A stretch of 64,000 nt of DNA, taken from positions 32,001-96,000 of the forward strand of contig JAHLWR010000008.1 in the NCBI GenBank assembly GCA_019057815.1. The letters are read 5' to 3'. The position numbers were made by a program, and so were the translations under genes. This DNA is from Candidatus Heimdallarchaeota archaeon (GTDB lineage Archaea > Asgardarchaeota > Heimdallarchaeia > Heimdallarchaeales > Heimdallarchaeaceae). Of this stretch, positions 50,245 through 61,222 are shown piece by piece (the first letter of the stretch is position 1; each line of letters starts with the position of its first letter). The notes under the pieces were generated by a model. It worked only from the letters and a program-made list of their open reading frames with translations, did not search any database and was not told the origin of the DNA.

Positions 50245-51417
50245 TTAACTAGTAGATTTTTTAAATTCTTCTGTCATCTTTTTCACAAGCTCAGAATCAG
50301 TGAAAACCTCTATTGCTGTCATTGCCAGTGCTTTTGCTGCTGTTAGCATTGCTTTTTGTCCCTTTTCTGAAATAGATGCTTTAGCAAATTCTCTTGAATG
50401 TGCTGCAATATCCTCTTCTGCGATTGCTATATAAGGATGGATAGTTGGGCATTCGTGACTAACATTACCTATATCGCTAGATCCTAGACCGCTTTCAGGA
50501 GATATAGGTTTTATAGGTTCTCCTAAAGTTTCAAGGTTTTTTAGAAAAGAGTGTCCCAAGGTTATATTTACATTTCTTGATTTGTAAGGCTGTCCAACTC
50601 TCTTAAACTCCATCCTCGCTCCTGTACTTAGAGCTGCTCCTTCAGCGCATTTTTTCACTTTTTCAATTAGTTCCTGACAATAGTTATTATCAAGTGCACG
50701 AACATAAAATGAAGCAGTGGCATAATCGGGGACAATATTTGGTTTTACACCGCCATGTGTAATAATTCCATGAATTCTAGCATCACTTGTTATATGTTGT
50801 CGTAGAGCATTGATGGAGTTAAAAGTCTGTATGACTGCATCTAATGCATTAATACCTTTTTCAGGGACAGCAGAAGCATGAGCTGGTTTACCAAAAAATT
50901 CTATCGCTATCTCAGTTACTGCTAATCCTTTTCTTCCTACCATCGTATGATTAGCTGAAGGGTGAAACATCATAGCAGCATTAACACCATCAAAAAGACC
51001 AGCGCGAATCATGTAAATTTTTCCTCCTCCCCCCTCTTCAGCTGGTGTTCCCATGAATATTAGTTTTCCTGGTAATTCAGATTTTATTGAACCTAGAGCT
51101 AAAACCGCACCAAGAGCAGATGCAGCAATTAAATTATGACCACAAGCATGATCAATCTCAGGTAAAGCATCATATTCCCCTAGAATGGCTACAGTTTGAC
51201 CTTCAGATTTATCAGGATGAACAGCGTAAATAGCTGTTTCCAAGTCAGCTACACCCAATTTTGTTTCAAAACCAGCGTCTTGAAGCTTATTAGTAAGAAG
51301 TTTAGATGCTTTAAATTCTTTAAAAGCAACCTCAGGATTGTTGAAAATCTCTTTGCTAACTTTAAACAACAAATCCTTATTCTTATCTATGTATAAACAA
51401 ACTTTTTCTTTCAACAT
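50245..51417 (-). CDS. M20D amidohydrolase (PM20D2/AbgB-like)
   Basis: EYDALP, HACGHN, GTPAEEGGGGK, GSSDIGNVS. Confidence 0.92.
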   Translation of the reverse strand: MLKEKVCLYIDKNKDLLFKVSKEIFNNPEVAFKEFKASKLLTNKLQDAGFETKLGVADLETAIYAVHPDKSEGQTVAILGEYDALPEIDHACGHNLIAASALGAVLALGSIKSELPGKLIFMGTPAEEGGGGKIYMIRAGLFDGVNAAMMFHPSANHTMVGRKGLAVTEIAIEFFGKPAHASAVPEKGINALDAVIQTFNSINALRQHITSDARIHGIITHGGVKPNIVPDYATASFYVRALDNNYCQELIEKVKKCAEGAALSTGARMEFKRVGQPYKSRNVNITLGHSFLKNLETLGEPIKPISPESGLGSSDIGNVSHECPTIHPYIAIAEEDIAAHSREFAKASISEKGQKAMLTAAKALAMTAIEVFTDSELVKKMTEEFKKSTS

Positions 51418-51600
51418 AAAACTCTATATTGCTTATTTTGCTAGATTATAAAAATATGCTTTCGTTTTTATTCATTTAGCCATCAAGATCCTAAATAATA
51501 CTATTTGCAAACATTGTAAAAATCTAGTGAAAAGCAATTTGAACATATCTTATACGAAATTCTATCTAAACGTTTATAAAAGCTCTCTACGGCACTTATA

Positions 51601-53709
51601 TTGAGTAAGTTGATGGAACTGGCAAAATACATTCCTTTTCTTACTTCTACAGATAAGGAGGTTCTAGGAGGGCAACTAAATCCAGATGATTATAGTACTC
51701 TTTATGAGTATTATACTTTTGTAATTGATAATTGGGAATCTATTAATTCAATAGAACTCCCTTCAATTTATCAAGCTATCTTATCTTATGTTTTAACGAT
51801 ATATTTTGATTTTCAAAAATTAGGAGAATTTTACTACAAATATCCAACAATAGAAGTAGCAGCAACTTATTTGAGGATTTTAACAAGACAAAGTCAAAAA
51901 GAGAAAATCGATGAAATCATAAGTAAATTTCCTATAAATGAAATGGTAGAAGCACCAATTTATTCTCAATCAGATTTACTAATTTGGAAAATATATTTCC
52001 ATGTTTATAATCATGATTTCGACAAAGCAAGAGAACTTATCTTAATAGCTGAAAATCTTTTAAACAAGATAAATGAAAAAGAGGAATACTCAATACTATA
52101 CAAACAACAAACATCCCTGCTTTTCTATGTTAAAGCACTACTCTATAATATGACAAAGAAGATTCAACAGTCTCTAATAGATAACATTCAAGGAATTAAA
52201 ATTTTAGAAGAAAGTAAAACCTACGATAGTTTCATTCTTGGAACTTTATATAATATGTATGGTGGTACCTTAATGGGAGCAGGAGACCCTATAGCGAAAG
52301 ACAAATTTAAAACAGGGCTTAGTTACTTTTCTCAAAATAAAATTGAGAGAGGAATGGCAGTATGTCAAGCTAATATTGCGTCATTGTTAATACAAGAAGG
52401 AAGATTTGATGAAGCTTTGAGCTATTTTTATGATTTTGTAGAAATAATGGAAAAATATCAGGATCAAAGAAATATATTAGTGATATTTAATCATATATAT
52501 TCTTGTTTGAAATCATTAGGAAGAATGAACGAAGCTGAAGAATATTTAAACGAAGCATTCAAACGAATGGAGGAGCACAATCTAGAAAATGATGACATAT
52601 TCCTTGACGCTTCTGAATTCTATGCAATCGAGGGAAATTTCAAATTAGCAGAAAAACATTTAGAGAAATATGCTGAGGTATTAAAAGTAAAAGAAGAGGA
52701 AGAAACATTAACAAGTGCAACTTGTTTAATACATAAGGGATTTATTGAGCTAAAAAAGAAAAACATGTATGAATCTGAGCAACATTTACTTGAAGGAATT
52801 CAAATTGCTAAGAATAACCTTTCCGCTCCATTAAGCTTACAAGGTATAATATATCTAATTGAATTATTAATCAGTAAATACCGAACAGAAGAAGATAGTC
52901 TATCAAAACAAAAAATCATAGATGATATTGAATTATATAGTCAAGAGTGTGTAATTCTACTTCGAGAATATAAGTCTAATTTTCAAATGGTAAACTACGA
53001 ACTACTTTTAGCAACAACATATATTTTATCAAGTAAACTTGAACTTGCTTGGGATGTGTTGAAAAGAACATCTCAAGTCTGTAAACAATATAATTTTCAA
53101 AATCAGTTAGAAAAAGTTGAAAAAAATATTAGAATTGTACAAGAACTTAAATCAAATCAGAAAAAGTCTGAATTGGGAAAAGATATAATTAAGATGCGCT
53201 CTGATATTGAGCTCTCAATGGTAGATTATTCTGCAAAAGGAGTCAAAGATATTACTATTCTTACTGAAACGGATGAGAAACCACTACTTATATTTTTATT
53301 AGTTATTCTACCATCTGGTTTACCTTGTTATTCTTACAATTTCAAGACAGATAGAATTAGTGATAATGAAATTCTGATAGCTGGGTTAATAAATGCAATA
53401 CAGAATTTTAGTTCCGAGATATCCTTGAAGAAGGGAGTTTTTAGAATGCTGGAACACTCAGATTACATAGTATTGCTTGAACCTAGAGATAATTTTTCTA
53501 TTGCTATGTTTACAGACAGTTTCTCATATGAACTCAAAAAACATGTACTTGAATTCGCAAACAATGTAGAAAAAATCATTGATATTTTAGCTAAAAAGGA
53601 TTTTGTGAAAGTAGAGGAAGTTGAAGTAATAACAATCAAACTAGACAAGCTGATAAGAGAGATATTTCAATCTACTGAAATACCTATTCTTAATAGTAAA
53701 CACAATTGA
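51601..53709 (+). CDS. TPR-repeat protein with C-terminal longin-like domain
   Basis: Helical repeats; C-terminal VILPSGLPCYSY...LIAGLINAIQNFSSEI. Confidence 0.8.
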   Translation: MSKLMELAKYIPFLTSTDKEVLGGQLNPDDYSTLYEYYTFVIDNWESINSIELPSIYQAILSYVLTIYFDFQKLGEFYYKYPTIEVAATYLRILTRQSQKEKIDEIISKFPINEMVEAPIYSQSDLLIWKIYFHVYNHDFDKARELILIAENLLNKINEKEEYSILYKQQTSLLFYVKALLYNMTKKIQQSLIDNIQGIKILEESKTYDSFILGTLYNMYGGTLMGAGDPIAKDKFKTGLSYFSQNKIERGMAVCQANIASLLIQEGRFDEALSYFYDFVEIMEKYQDQRNILVIFNHIYSCLKSLGRMNEAEEYLNEAFKRMEEHNLENDDIFLDASEFYAIEGNFKLAEKHLEKYAEVLKVKEEEETLTSATCLIHKGFIELKKKNMYESEQHLLEGIQIAKNNLSAPLSLQGIIYLIELLISKYRTEEDSLSKQKIIDDIELYSQECVILLREYKSNFQMVNYELLLATTYILSSKLELAWDVLKRTSQVCKQYNFQNQLEKVEKNIRIVQELKSNQKKSELGKDIIKMRSDIELSMVDYSAKGVKDITILTETDEKPLLIFLLVILPSGLPCYSYNFKTDRISDNEILIAGLINAIQNFSSEISLKKGVFRMLEHSDYIVLLEPRDNFSIAMFTDSFSYELKKHVLEFANNVEKIIDILAKKDFVKVEEVEVITIKLDKLIREIFQSTEIPILNSKHN

Positions 53710-53835
53710 AATACGTTTTTTTTGATTTTCATTTTTCTTTCTTTTTATTTTAACAATGAATTCTTATCAAGTAGCTAGAAAATACTAATTCTTGAGTTAT
53801 AAATTTATATACACTATTACTTTAGGGCAATAACA

Positions 53836-54813
53836 ATGGAACAAGAGAATGATAGATTTTTACTCTCAGATGAAAAACTTCAAACAATCCAAGATTTATT
53901 AAAGGAAAACCAAAGAGATGTTCCAGCTTTTACAGATGAAGGAATATGTGATGAGTTCTATGTTCCTGTCAAAGATGGAGAGTTAAGAGTATTTCATCAC
54001 AAACCTGAAAAAATTGAAGTTAAAAGACCTATACTCTTTCTTCCTGGTTTTACTGCTAATCCTCTAACTTGGGTAGATTTTCATAAAACACACCAAGGTT
54101 TTACAGAGTATTTTTACATTGAGTCACGTGAAAAAAATTCTAGCAGATTAAAGAAGAGCAAAGATACTTTATTTACAGTTGATCAATGTGCTCAAGATTT
54201 ACGAGATGTTATCAAATACCTTGGATTTGCAAATAGAGATTATGTATTACATGGTTCAAGTTATGGAGGAGCTATCGTTTTGCAAAGTCTTATTAGAGAA
54301 TATATTAATCCTCCAACAGCTATTGTTTTTGACCCTATAGCTTTATGGGTTTATGGAGGTCCTATAATACACGCTATAATTCAAATTATTCCACCGAAAA
54401 TATTAGGGAAATTGCGTTTACTTATCACTCATATAGCATTAAGATCTATGAAAAATAAAAATCAAAAGAAAAGGATGATAGAATTTATTAAAGGGGGAGA
54501 TATCAGTAAATTTCAAAAAAGTACAAAACAAAATAGGAAATTTAATATCATCGACAAACTTCAAAAAATCAATAATGAAGTTTTCGTTTTTACTGGACCT
54601 TTGGACAAATATCACCCTAGAATAGCCTATTATAGTTATGCTAAAGAAATACCAAAAGGAAGATTCTTCTTCATGGAAACAGAAGAAAAACAACGACAAC
54701 TCCTTGCTGGGTTAATAGCTACAGCTTTTTCCAAAGTATCAAGTGACGAGGGTGTCCCTCAGATATTACTTCCCTTTGAAATTCCCATAGATAGAAGTAA
54801 AGGGGAAAAATAA
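53836..54813 (+). CDS. Alpha/beta hydrolase
   Basis: LFLPGF and HGSSYGG nucleophile elbow. Confidence 0.8.
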   Translation: MEQENDRFLLSDEKLQTIQDLLKENQRDVPAFTDEGICDEFYVPVKDGELRVFHHKPEKIEVKRPILFLPGFTANPLTWVDFHKTHQGFTEYFYIESREKNSSRLKKSKDTLFTVDQCAQDLRDVIKYLGFANRDYVLHGSSYGGAIVLQSLIREYINPPTAIVFDPIALWVYGGPIIHAIIQIIPPKILGKLRLLITHIALRSMKNKNQKKRMIEFIKGGDISKFQKSTKQNRKFNIIDKLQKINNEVFVFTGPLDKYHPRIAYYSYAKEIPKGRFFFMETEEKQRQLLAGLIATAFSKVSSDEGVPQILLPFEIPIDRSKGEK

Positions 54814-54871
54814 CAGATTGAATTCTAAAATCTGGTTTACTTATTATTGATTCATTAAAGAAACTGCCAGA

Positions 54872-55031
54872 TATAATTTTTCACTATTGCTATGTTTACA
54901 GAGAGTTTCTCATATGAACTTAAAGAACATGCACTTGAATTCGCAAACAAAGTCGAAAAAGTCATTGATATTTTAGCTAAGAAGGATTTTGTGAAAGCAG
55001 AGGAAGTTGAGGTAATAACAACCAAATCGAC
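54872..55031 (+). repeat. Degenerate duplicate of the 3' end of the TPR-longin gene (53488-53646)
   Basis: MFTESFSYELKEHALEFANKVEKVIDILAKKDFVK versus MFTDSFSYELKKHVLEFANNVEKIIDILAKKDFVK. Confidence 0.9.
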
Positions 55032-55099
55032 TTATCTTATCGTATTTATTGGATATCTTACTTTGTTATCAACTAGATTATAACTTACAAAACAATTAC

Positions 55100-56326
55100 T
55101 TAACTTCCTAATGCTATAACATTCAAATGATTAACAATAAATTCGATAATTCTTTCCTTGTCTTCTAGTTCCTTTCTATTATTTATTTTCTTGATAAAAG
55201 AATCAAAACCTTTTTCCCATGAAACACGCTTATAAAGCATCCATTCTAAATTTTTAGGTATCACAACAGTTAACACAATATAACTTCTACCTTTATATCG
55301 AATATCTTTTTGTTTCTCATCTTTAATCCAGCTACTAAGAATTAATCCTGTATATCTTTGGTTATATAACATTGGAATAATTGCGGATCCCTCTATGTAT
55401 TCTTGACCTGCACCTAAAGTTGTTATACTCATTAAACTTTGTTTAAACACATAATCTTCCCTATGGTTTTCATCTTCCACAAATTTAAAACCATAAAAAG
55501 TGACTATTGCTGGTCCCTCTAGCTCAAATCGAATCATAGAAAAAGAAATTTCTTTGTTTTCAGTAAGATTTTGAATAACTCTACTCAGAGAAAAAATACA
55601 TTTAGGATCAAGTACACCAGCAAGTAATATTAACGTAACTCCTGTTAATGCAAGTAACCTAGAACTGATGAATAATGCAATTTTTAAATACAAATTATAT
55701 TCAAAATAATCCATAACTCCTTCTATAGCAAATAATAGAAATCCAGAAAGGGATATTATAGCTCCTGAAAAATACATTTTAGATACTTTTTTCTTAACCC
55801 ATAAGCGCTTTTTTGGATGTGAAAATAATGTAGACATTTGGAGCAAAAATAACATCATTAAACACCAACTAGTGATAAGAACCCCAAAAAAAATGTTAGC
55901 TTTAAATTTTATAACATACTCTGTATGTTCAATCCAGAAAAATTTCGCTCCAGTTTCATAGTTATATTGTGATAATAATAAGCTAATTAGGATTATACTA
56001 AAATATGTCATTATTTTCTTATAAGGAGGAAAATAAGAAAAACGTGGAACCATAGTATAAGATGAGAGATTTAGTAAAGCTGCAATAATGATTGTAGAAA
56101 AAAATATAGGCGTTATATAATGTTCATATTTGGATAGATCTTTGATATAGATATAGGCATTAGATGTATATAACCAGAAAGCAACAATGTCTATAGCTAA
56201 AATACCCAAGAAAAATCTTCTCCCTATTCTTTTTTTTAAGATAAAAAAATTGATTACAATGACTACTATAATTAAAAGAGTAGATATAACGAATCCCAAT
56301 AAAAGAAAAAACTCTATAAGATTCAT
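55100..56326 (-). CDS. About 7-TM membrane protein with C-terminal cytosolic longin/uDENN-like domain
   Basis: About seven hydrophobic helices, then SFSMIRFELEGP...TTLGAGQEYIEG..IIP; start at 56326 preferred. Confidence 0.65.
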   Translation of the reverse strand: MNLIEFFLLLGFVISTLLIIVVIVINFFILKKRIGRRFFLGILAIDIVAFWLYTSNAYIYIKDLSKYEHYITPIFFSTIIIAALLNLSSYTMVPRFSYFPPYKKIMTYFSIILISLLLSQYNYETGAKFFWIEHTEYVIKFKANIFFGVLITSWCLMMLFLLQMSTLFSHPKKRLWVKKKVSKMYFSGAIISLSGFLLFAIEGVMDYFEYNLYLKIALFISSRLLALTGVTLILLAGVLDPKCIFSLSRVIQNLTENKEISFSMIRFELEGPAIVTFYGFKFVEDENHREDYVFKQSLMSITTLGAGQEYIEGSAIIPMLYNQRYTGLILSSWIKDEKQKDIRYKGRSYIVLTVVIPKNLEWMLYKRVSWEKGFDSFIKKINNRKELEDKERIIEFIVNHLNVIALGS

Positions 56327-56596
56327 TAATACATTAAATATTGTTTTATTATAAAAACACTTTTGCCATAATATCTTAAAAGAAGAAGAATTTGAGTAAA
56401 AATAGTAATTTTGTGGGGTATTACTCTTTGTCATTACTGTAGAAGGAAAAAGAGCATGTATAGCGCTTACTGACCTAATTTCGGTTCATTTAGTTATTAA
56501 TATAAATGAGTTCTTACAATAGACTATTTAACCGAAGTTGGGATAGATTCAGATGCCTCCTCTAAATGATTTAATGCCTTTATTATTATCAGTTTT

Positions 56597-56920
56597 TCAA
56601 ATTTTCTTAGGAATTGGTTTGTTTACATGGTTAGTAATAGAATATAAAAAGAGTAAATACCAAACAATTAAGTATCTTCTAACTGCAACAACAATTTCCT
56701 GACGCAGTTCAGGTAAACCTGAGCTAGTAGAATACCCTCCAACAAGCCCTTTTTCTATAGCTTCAATTGCACCTTCTTTGATATGGAGAGGAGTGTCAGA
56801 TGTTGGTTTCGCCCAAGACAAAAAGGCTACATCATCAATCGTACTTGACAATCTTGTCATTTCATGAATAGCTGATTTTGGAATTTGCTGAACACGTCTA
56901 GAGAATTTGTTATTTTTCAT
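56597..56920 (-). pseudogene. Truncated class I/II PLP aminotransferase (N-terminal fragment)
   Basis: FSRRVQQIPKSAI..., P...TPLHIKE, YSTSSGLPELRQEI; homology then ends and there is no PLP-lysine region. Confidence 0.75.
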
Positions 56921-57080
56921 TTTTTATCATAACCAATTTAAAGATTTTAAGAGAGTCATTTTAAAGATTTCGTAAATTTTTCTCTTCATAATAATGGGAA
57001 TATCATTAAAAATAATGAAACAAAAAATGAAACTATCCAGATGAGCAGTTTATTGAAAAGAATAATAAACTTAAAAATAA

Positions 57081-58208
57081 ATGAAAGAAATGAAAGAAAT
57101 GAAAACTCGGAAACTTTCAAAAATAGAAGCATTAGATTTAGTAATTGGTGCGAAAATTTTAGCTTGTGGTGGAGGAGGGAGTGAAACTGATGCAATAATA
57201 AACATTAAGAAAACATATGATGATGGAAGATTCTTTACAATTGGCGATTTATCAAGTTTTAAATCAAAGGATTATATCTGCATAATTGGGATGGTTGGAG
57301 GGGGAATCACTGATGAAGATGCTAAGTTAATTGAAAATTTAGATGTGATTCAAAAGAATCCGATGGTTGCAGCTGTAAAGGAGTTAGAGGAATTTCTAGA
57401 AATTAATTTTCAAGGTTTTATTGCTACAGAGCTTGGACCAAATAATAGTATCATTCCTTTAATGGTAGCTGCTCAAATGGGTAAAATAGCTATTGATGGT
57501 GATTGTTGTGGTAGAAGTAAACCAAAGATTTCAATAAGCACAACAAAGATAACTGATATTTCTATTTCTCCCTTCTCAATTGTTAATTGTTATGGAGATG
57601 TGCAAATTGTAAAAAAATCTGTAGATGATACACGTGGAGAAATTATAGCAAGAGAAATTGCTAGACTTTCTGGAGGTTCTGTGAGTGTTGCTAGATGCCC
57701 TATGACAATCGAAAAAGCAAAAGCAGCTGTTATTCCAGGAACTTTTTCATTGGCAATTAAACTTGGAAACAAAGTGAGAGAAGCAAATGAGAAGAAAGAA
57801 AATCCAATCAGAGTCATTAAAAAAACCTTACCTGATGCCAAATTCATCTATACAGGTGAAGTAAAAGAGTTTTCTCGTGTAGAGGAAGGAGGTTTTACTT
57901 CAGGGGAAATAATATTACAATCTAATGAAACTAAAAATCAATTGAAAATTTGGTATCAAAATGAGTACCTTCTATCTTGGATAAATAACCAACATTATGT
58001 CACGTGTCCTGATGGATTTTACATAATAGACTCTCATACAGGATATGGTCTTACTCCTTGGGAAGAGGATTTCGAAGAAGGGAGAAAGGTCACTGTTTTT
58101 GTTCGTGATGCTCCTGAAATTTGGAGTAAGAAGAAAGGATTAGAGGTTTTTGGACCACAAGTATTTGATGAGAATTGGTCGGAATATAAAAAATCAAGTT
58201 CATTCTAA
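57081..58208 (+). CDS. DUF917 family protein
   Basis: GAKILACGGGG, ELGPNNS, IDGDCCGRSKP, QNEYL, TCPD. Confidence 0.85.
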   Translation: MKEMKEMKTRKLSKIEALDLVIGAKILACGGGGSETDAIINIKKTYDDGRFFTIGDLSSFKSKDYICIIGMVGGGITDEDAKLIENLDVIQKNPMVAAVKELEEFLEINFQGFIATELGPNNSIIPLMVAAQMGKIAIDGDCCGRSKPKISISTTKITDISISPFSIVNCYGDVQIVKKSVDDTRGEIIAREIARLSGGSVSVARCPMTIEKAKAAVIPGTFSLAIKLGNKVREANEKKENPIRVIKKTLPDAKFIYTGEVKEFSRVEEGGFTSGEIILQSNETKNQLKIWYQNEYLLSWINNQHYVTCPDGFYIIDSHTGYGLTPWEEDFEEGRKVTVFVRDAPEIWSKKKGLEVFGPQVFDENWSEYKKSSSF

Positions 58209-58289
58209 GATGAACAACTCTCCATCTGTCGTTGCTTAGAGTAATATTGTATTTATAGTATTTATGAGTGATTTTCCCACTTTTCCCAC

Positions 58290-58646
58290 TTAAGGGTAGT
58301 GGCAAATAGTTTTTTCAGATACTTCCCTTTGCCTAATTGTTGACAAATGCGATATAGCTCTTTTTCCCTTTGAAGTTAGAATAAAGATTTTGTTATCACT
58401 CTCACTAGAAGAACAGTTGCTAGAAAATGCGCAAAATCTACAAGAAAGTGATAACAATCCTCTTCTTGGTGAAAATTTGCTTTGAACTTGTTTTTTTGTA
58501 TCATTAAGTTGCTCTTTAATGTATCCAACATTTATACAATGTTCGATTTTAGATTGTATTAGATCAGTGTTGATACTTAGTTTTAATGCCAATTGTTGAT
58601 TTGTTATAGCACCTTCACTAAGACTACTTAACAACTTTAGCATCAA
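58290..58646 (-). CDS. FeoC-like winged-helix protein with Cys cluster
   Basis: wHTH pattern, CRFCAFSSNC, LTSKG; last gene of the feo operon. Confidence 0.65.
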   Translation of the reverse strand: MMLKLLSSLSEGAITNQQLALKLSINTDLIQSKIEHCINVGYIKEQLNDTKKQVQSKFSPRRGLLSLSCRFCAFSSNCSSSESDNKIFILTSKGKRAISHLSTIRQREVSEKTICHYP

Positions 58647-58678
58647 TATATATTCACCATCTTTCAGTAGTTTTTTAT

Positions 58679-59179
58679 CTAACTTTGCTGTAATTGTTCC
58701 TTTCTCCTTCTAAGAACTGTAAATCCCCCATATTTTATGGCTAAGAATATTGGTATTGGTGATAAAAATATTATCCATCGTAAGCTAGCTAAAGCAGTCC
58801 AATCTTCATAATCTTCTAGTTTTAAAGCATAAGCATTGAATACATCAGTTAGTAGAATAACGATAAATAAGAGTATGAAACCCAAAGCTATTACAATACC
58901 AACTGAAAGGTACCCTTTTGCATTCTGCTCCCTAATAGAAATAAAGTAACCTGCTAGCCATACTAGACCAACAATAAGAATTGATAATCCAGGAAAAATT
59001 CCAGGAGGGAAAGGAATTGCATTTACCCAATGTTCTTCTAACTCTTTTATATCAGCATATATCTTAAAAGCACCTAGTACTATTTCAGCTAGAGCTACCA
59101 TTAAGAAAATAAGACTCCCCAAAAGTAGGGAAGTTTTAATATCTTTTGAAGTATTTTTCACTGTTTCCATTCTTATCAC
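58679..59179 (-). CDS. Membrane protein in the feo operon
   Basis: About 4 TMs; directly adjacent to the feoB stop. Confidence 0.7.
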   Translation of the reverse strand: MIRMETVKNTSKDIKTSLLLGSLIFLMVALAEIVLGAFKIYADIKELEEHWVNAIPFPPGIFPGLSILIVGLVWLAGYFISIREQNAKGYLSVGIVIALGFILLFIVILLTDVFNAYALKLEDYEDWTALASLRWIIFLSPIPIFLAIKYGGFTVLRRRKEQLQQS

Positions 59180-61222
59180 CTATAATCCAAATCCCATTAG
59201 AGATCCTATTTGAAAAACTGCGAAAGCGAACAACCAAGCAATAACAGTGCTATAAACCATTGTGAAGATTGTCCATCGCCAACTACCCGTTTCTTTTCTC
59301 ATTACACCTACGACTGCTGCACAAGGAAAATATAGTAGAGTGAAAACCATTAAACTCAAAGAATTTAAAGCATAGAAACCTCCATCAGCTAAAATAGCAG
59401 ATTTAATGCCTTCGTCACTTTCACCACCACCAACAATAGTACCTAATGAACCTACAATTAGTTCCTTTGCTACAAAACCAACAATTAGAGCAACAACAAT
59501 CCTCCAGTCGAATCCAAGTGGTTTGAAGATAGGTTCAAAGAATGTACCAACAGCTGCTAACCATGTTTCGGGACCACCATACTCTACACCACCAAAAGGC
59601 ATTGCTGCTAAAAACCATACAAAAACGACACCTATCAGAATTATTGTTCCTGCTTTTTTCAGGTACATCTTTCCTTTGTCCCACATTGCAACTGTAGCAG
59701 ATTTTAGCTTTGGTGAGTGGTATGGAGGTAATTCCATAATGAATGGTGCAGATGTACCTTTAAAGAAGGTCTTTCTTAAAAGAAATGCAGTAAGAATTGC
59801 AACTACAATTCCCAAAATATATAGAGTAAAAATAACTGTTCCTGCTGTTGCTCCAAAAAATAATCCTGCAAACAAGATAAATACAGGCATTCTTGCACCA
59901 CAAGACATGAATGGATTTATCAATATTGTAATCATCCTATCTTTATTATTCTTTAAAGATCTAGTACTCATAATAGCTGGTACATTACATCCAAAACCTA
60001 GTAGCATTGGAATGAAGGAATGACCGTGTAAACCGAATTTTACCATTAATTTATCCATAACAAATGCTGCACGAGCTAAATAGCCTGAGTCTTCAAGAAT
60101 TGATAATATGAAGAACATTGTGAAAATCGGAGGTACAAAAATCAACACTGCACCTAAACCCCCAACAATCCCGTCGCCTAGTAAAGAACCTAACCACTCA
60201 ATTCGGATACTATCGACTAGAAGTCCCGCTAACCAACCAAAAAACACATCTACCAACTCCATAAATGGAACTGCAACAGCAAAAACAAATTGAAATGAAC
60301 CCCACATAATCATAAGAAAAATTGGTATTCCAAGCCATTTGTGTGTAACAACTCTATCTATTAAATCAGAACGGGTTACTTTAGTTTCAGCTTTCTTCCA
60401 AGCCTTTGAGGTAACTTTTGAAATATATTCGTATTTTGAATCAATTATTTCAGCCTCATAATCTTCTTTACTAAAAGAAGTTAGCTCTCCAACAATCTCG
60501 CTTTTAACGTTCCAACGCTCCAGAAGTGTTGGAATCTCTGAATTATTTTGGAGAATTTGTGTAGCTAACCATCTCAAATTGAAATCAGAGGGAATTGAGG
60601 GTATTGTCTCTAGTATTTTTTGAATTTTCGAAAGTGCGTTTTCAATTTCCTTTGAATATTTGATTCCCATGGGTTTTTGATCCTCTTGATAAACAGATTC
60701 AATTGCATTTTCAAGATCATCAATACCAATTTTTTTGTTAGCAATCATAGGTACAACAGGAATACCTAGCTCTGTTGAGAGTTTTTGTACATCAATTGAT
60801 GAACCATTTTTCTTTAATAAGTCCATCATGTTTAAAGCTATAACTACTCTAGCACCTAACTCTCTTAGCATTGTAGTTAAATAGAGATTACGTTCTAAAT
60901 TCGAAGCGTCTACTATTTGTACAACAACTTCTGGATTTCCATTGATAATATAATCTCTTGCAATTTGTTCATCTAGTGACGAAGCAGATAAAGAGTAAGT
61001 TCCTGGTAAATCAGTAATAGAGAGTTCAAAATTGTTAAAACTTCTTTTACCCTCCTTTTTCTCAACAGTAACTCCTGACCAATTACCAATTTTCTGCTTT
61101 AAACCTGTTAAAGCATTAAAAAGTGTACTTTTTCCAGTATTAGGGTTGCCTGCCAATGCAATATTAATAGCAATTTTACTACCATCAGAAATGTTTTTTA
61201 TTTTTTTAGCTTTAATAGTCAT
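59180..61222 (-). CDS. feoB: Ferrous iron transporter FeoB
   Basis: GNPNTGKS, GNWSGVTVE, DLPG, NMMD, GFGCNVP, MSCGAR, LYFPC. Confidence 0.98.
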   Translation of the reverse strand: MTIKAKKIKNISDGSKIAINIALAGNPNTGKSTLFNALTGLKQKIGNWSGVTVEKKEGKRSFNNFELSITDLPGTYSLSASSLDEQIARDYIINGNPEVVVQIVDASNLERNLYLTTMLRELGARVVIALNMMDLLKKNGSSIDVQKLSTELGIPVVPMIANKKIGIDDLENAIESVYQEDQKPMGIKYSKEIENALSKIQKILETIPSIPSDFNLRWLATQILQNNSEIPTLLERWNVKSEIVGELTSFSKEDYEAEIIDSKYEYISKVTSKAWKKAETKVTRSDLIDRVVTHKWLGIPIFLMIMWGSFQFVFAVAVPFMELVDVFFGWLAGLLVDSIRIEWLGSLLGDGIVGGLGAVLIFVPPIFTMFFILSILEDSGYLARAAFVMDKLMVKFGLHGHSFIPMLLGFGCNVPAIMSTRSLKNNKDRMITILINPFMSCGARMPVFILFAGLFFGATAGTVIFTLYILGIVVAILTAFLLRKTFFKGTSAPFIMELPPYHSPKLKSATVAMWDKGKMYLKKAGTIILIGVVFVWFLAAMPFGGVEYGGPETWLAAVGTFFEPIFKPLGFDWRIVVALIVGFVAKELIVGSLGTIVGGGESDEGIKSAILADGGFYALNSLSLMVFTLLYFPCAAVVGVMRKETGSWRWTIFTMVYSTVIAWLFAFAVFQIGSLMGFGL

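Noticed and set aside
59406-60023. 205-aa ORF antisense to feoB, and the many similar antisense ORFs in the track
   Set aside because: Shadow frames of well-supported genes, with no recognisable motifs.
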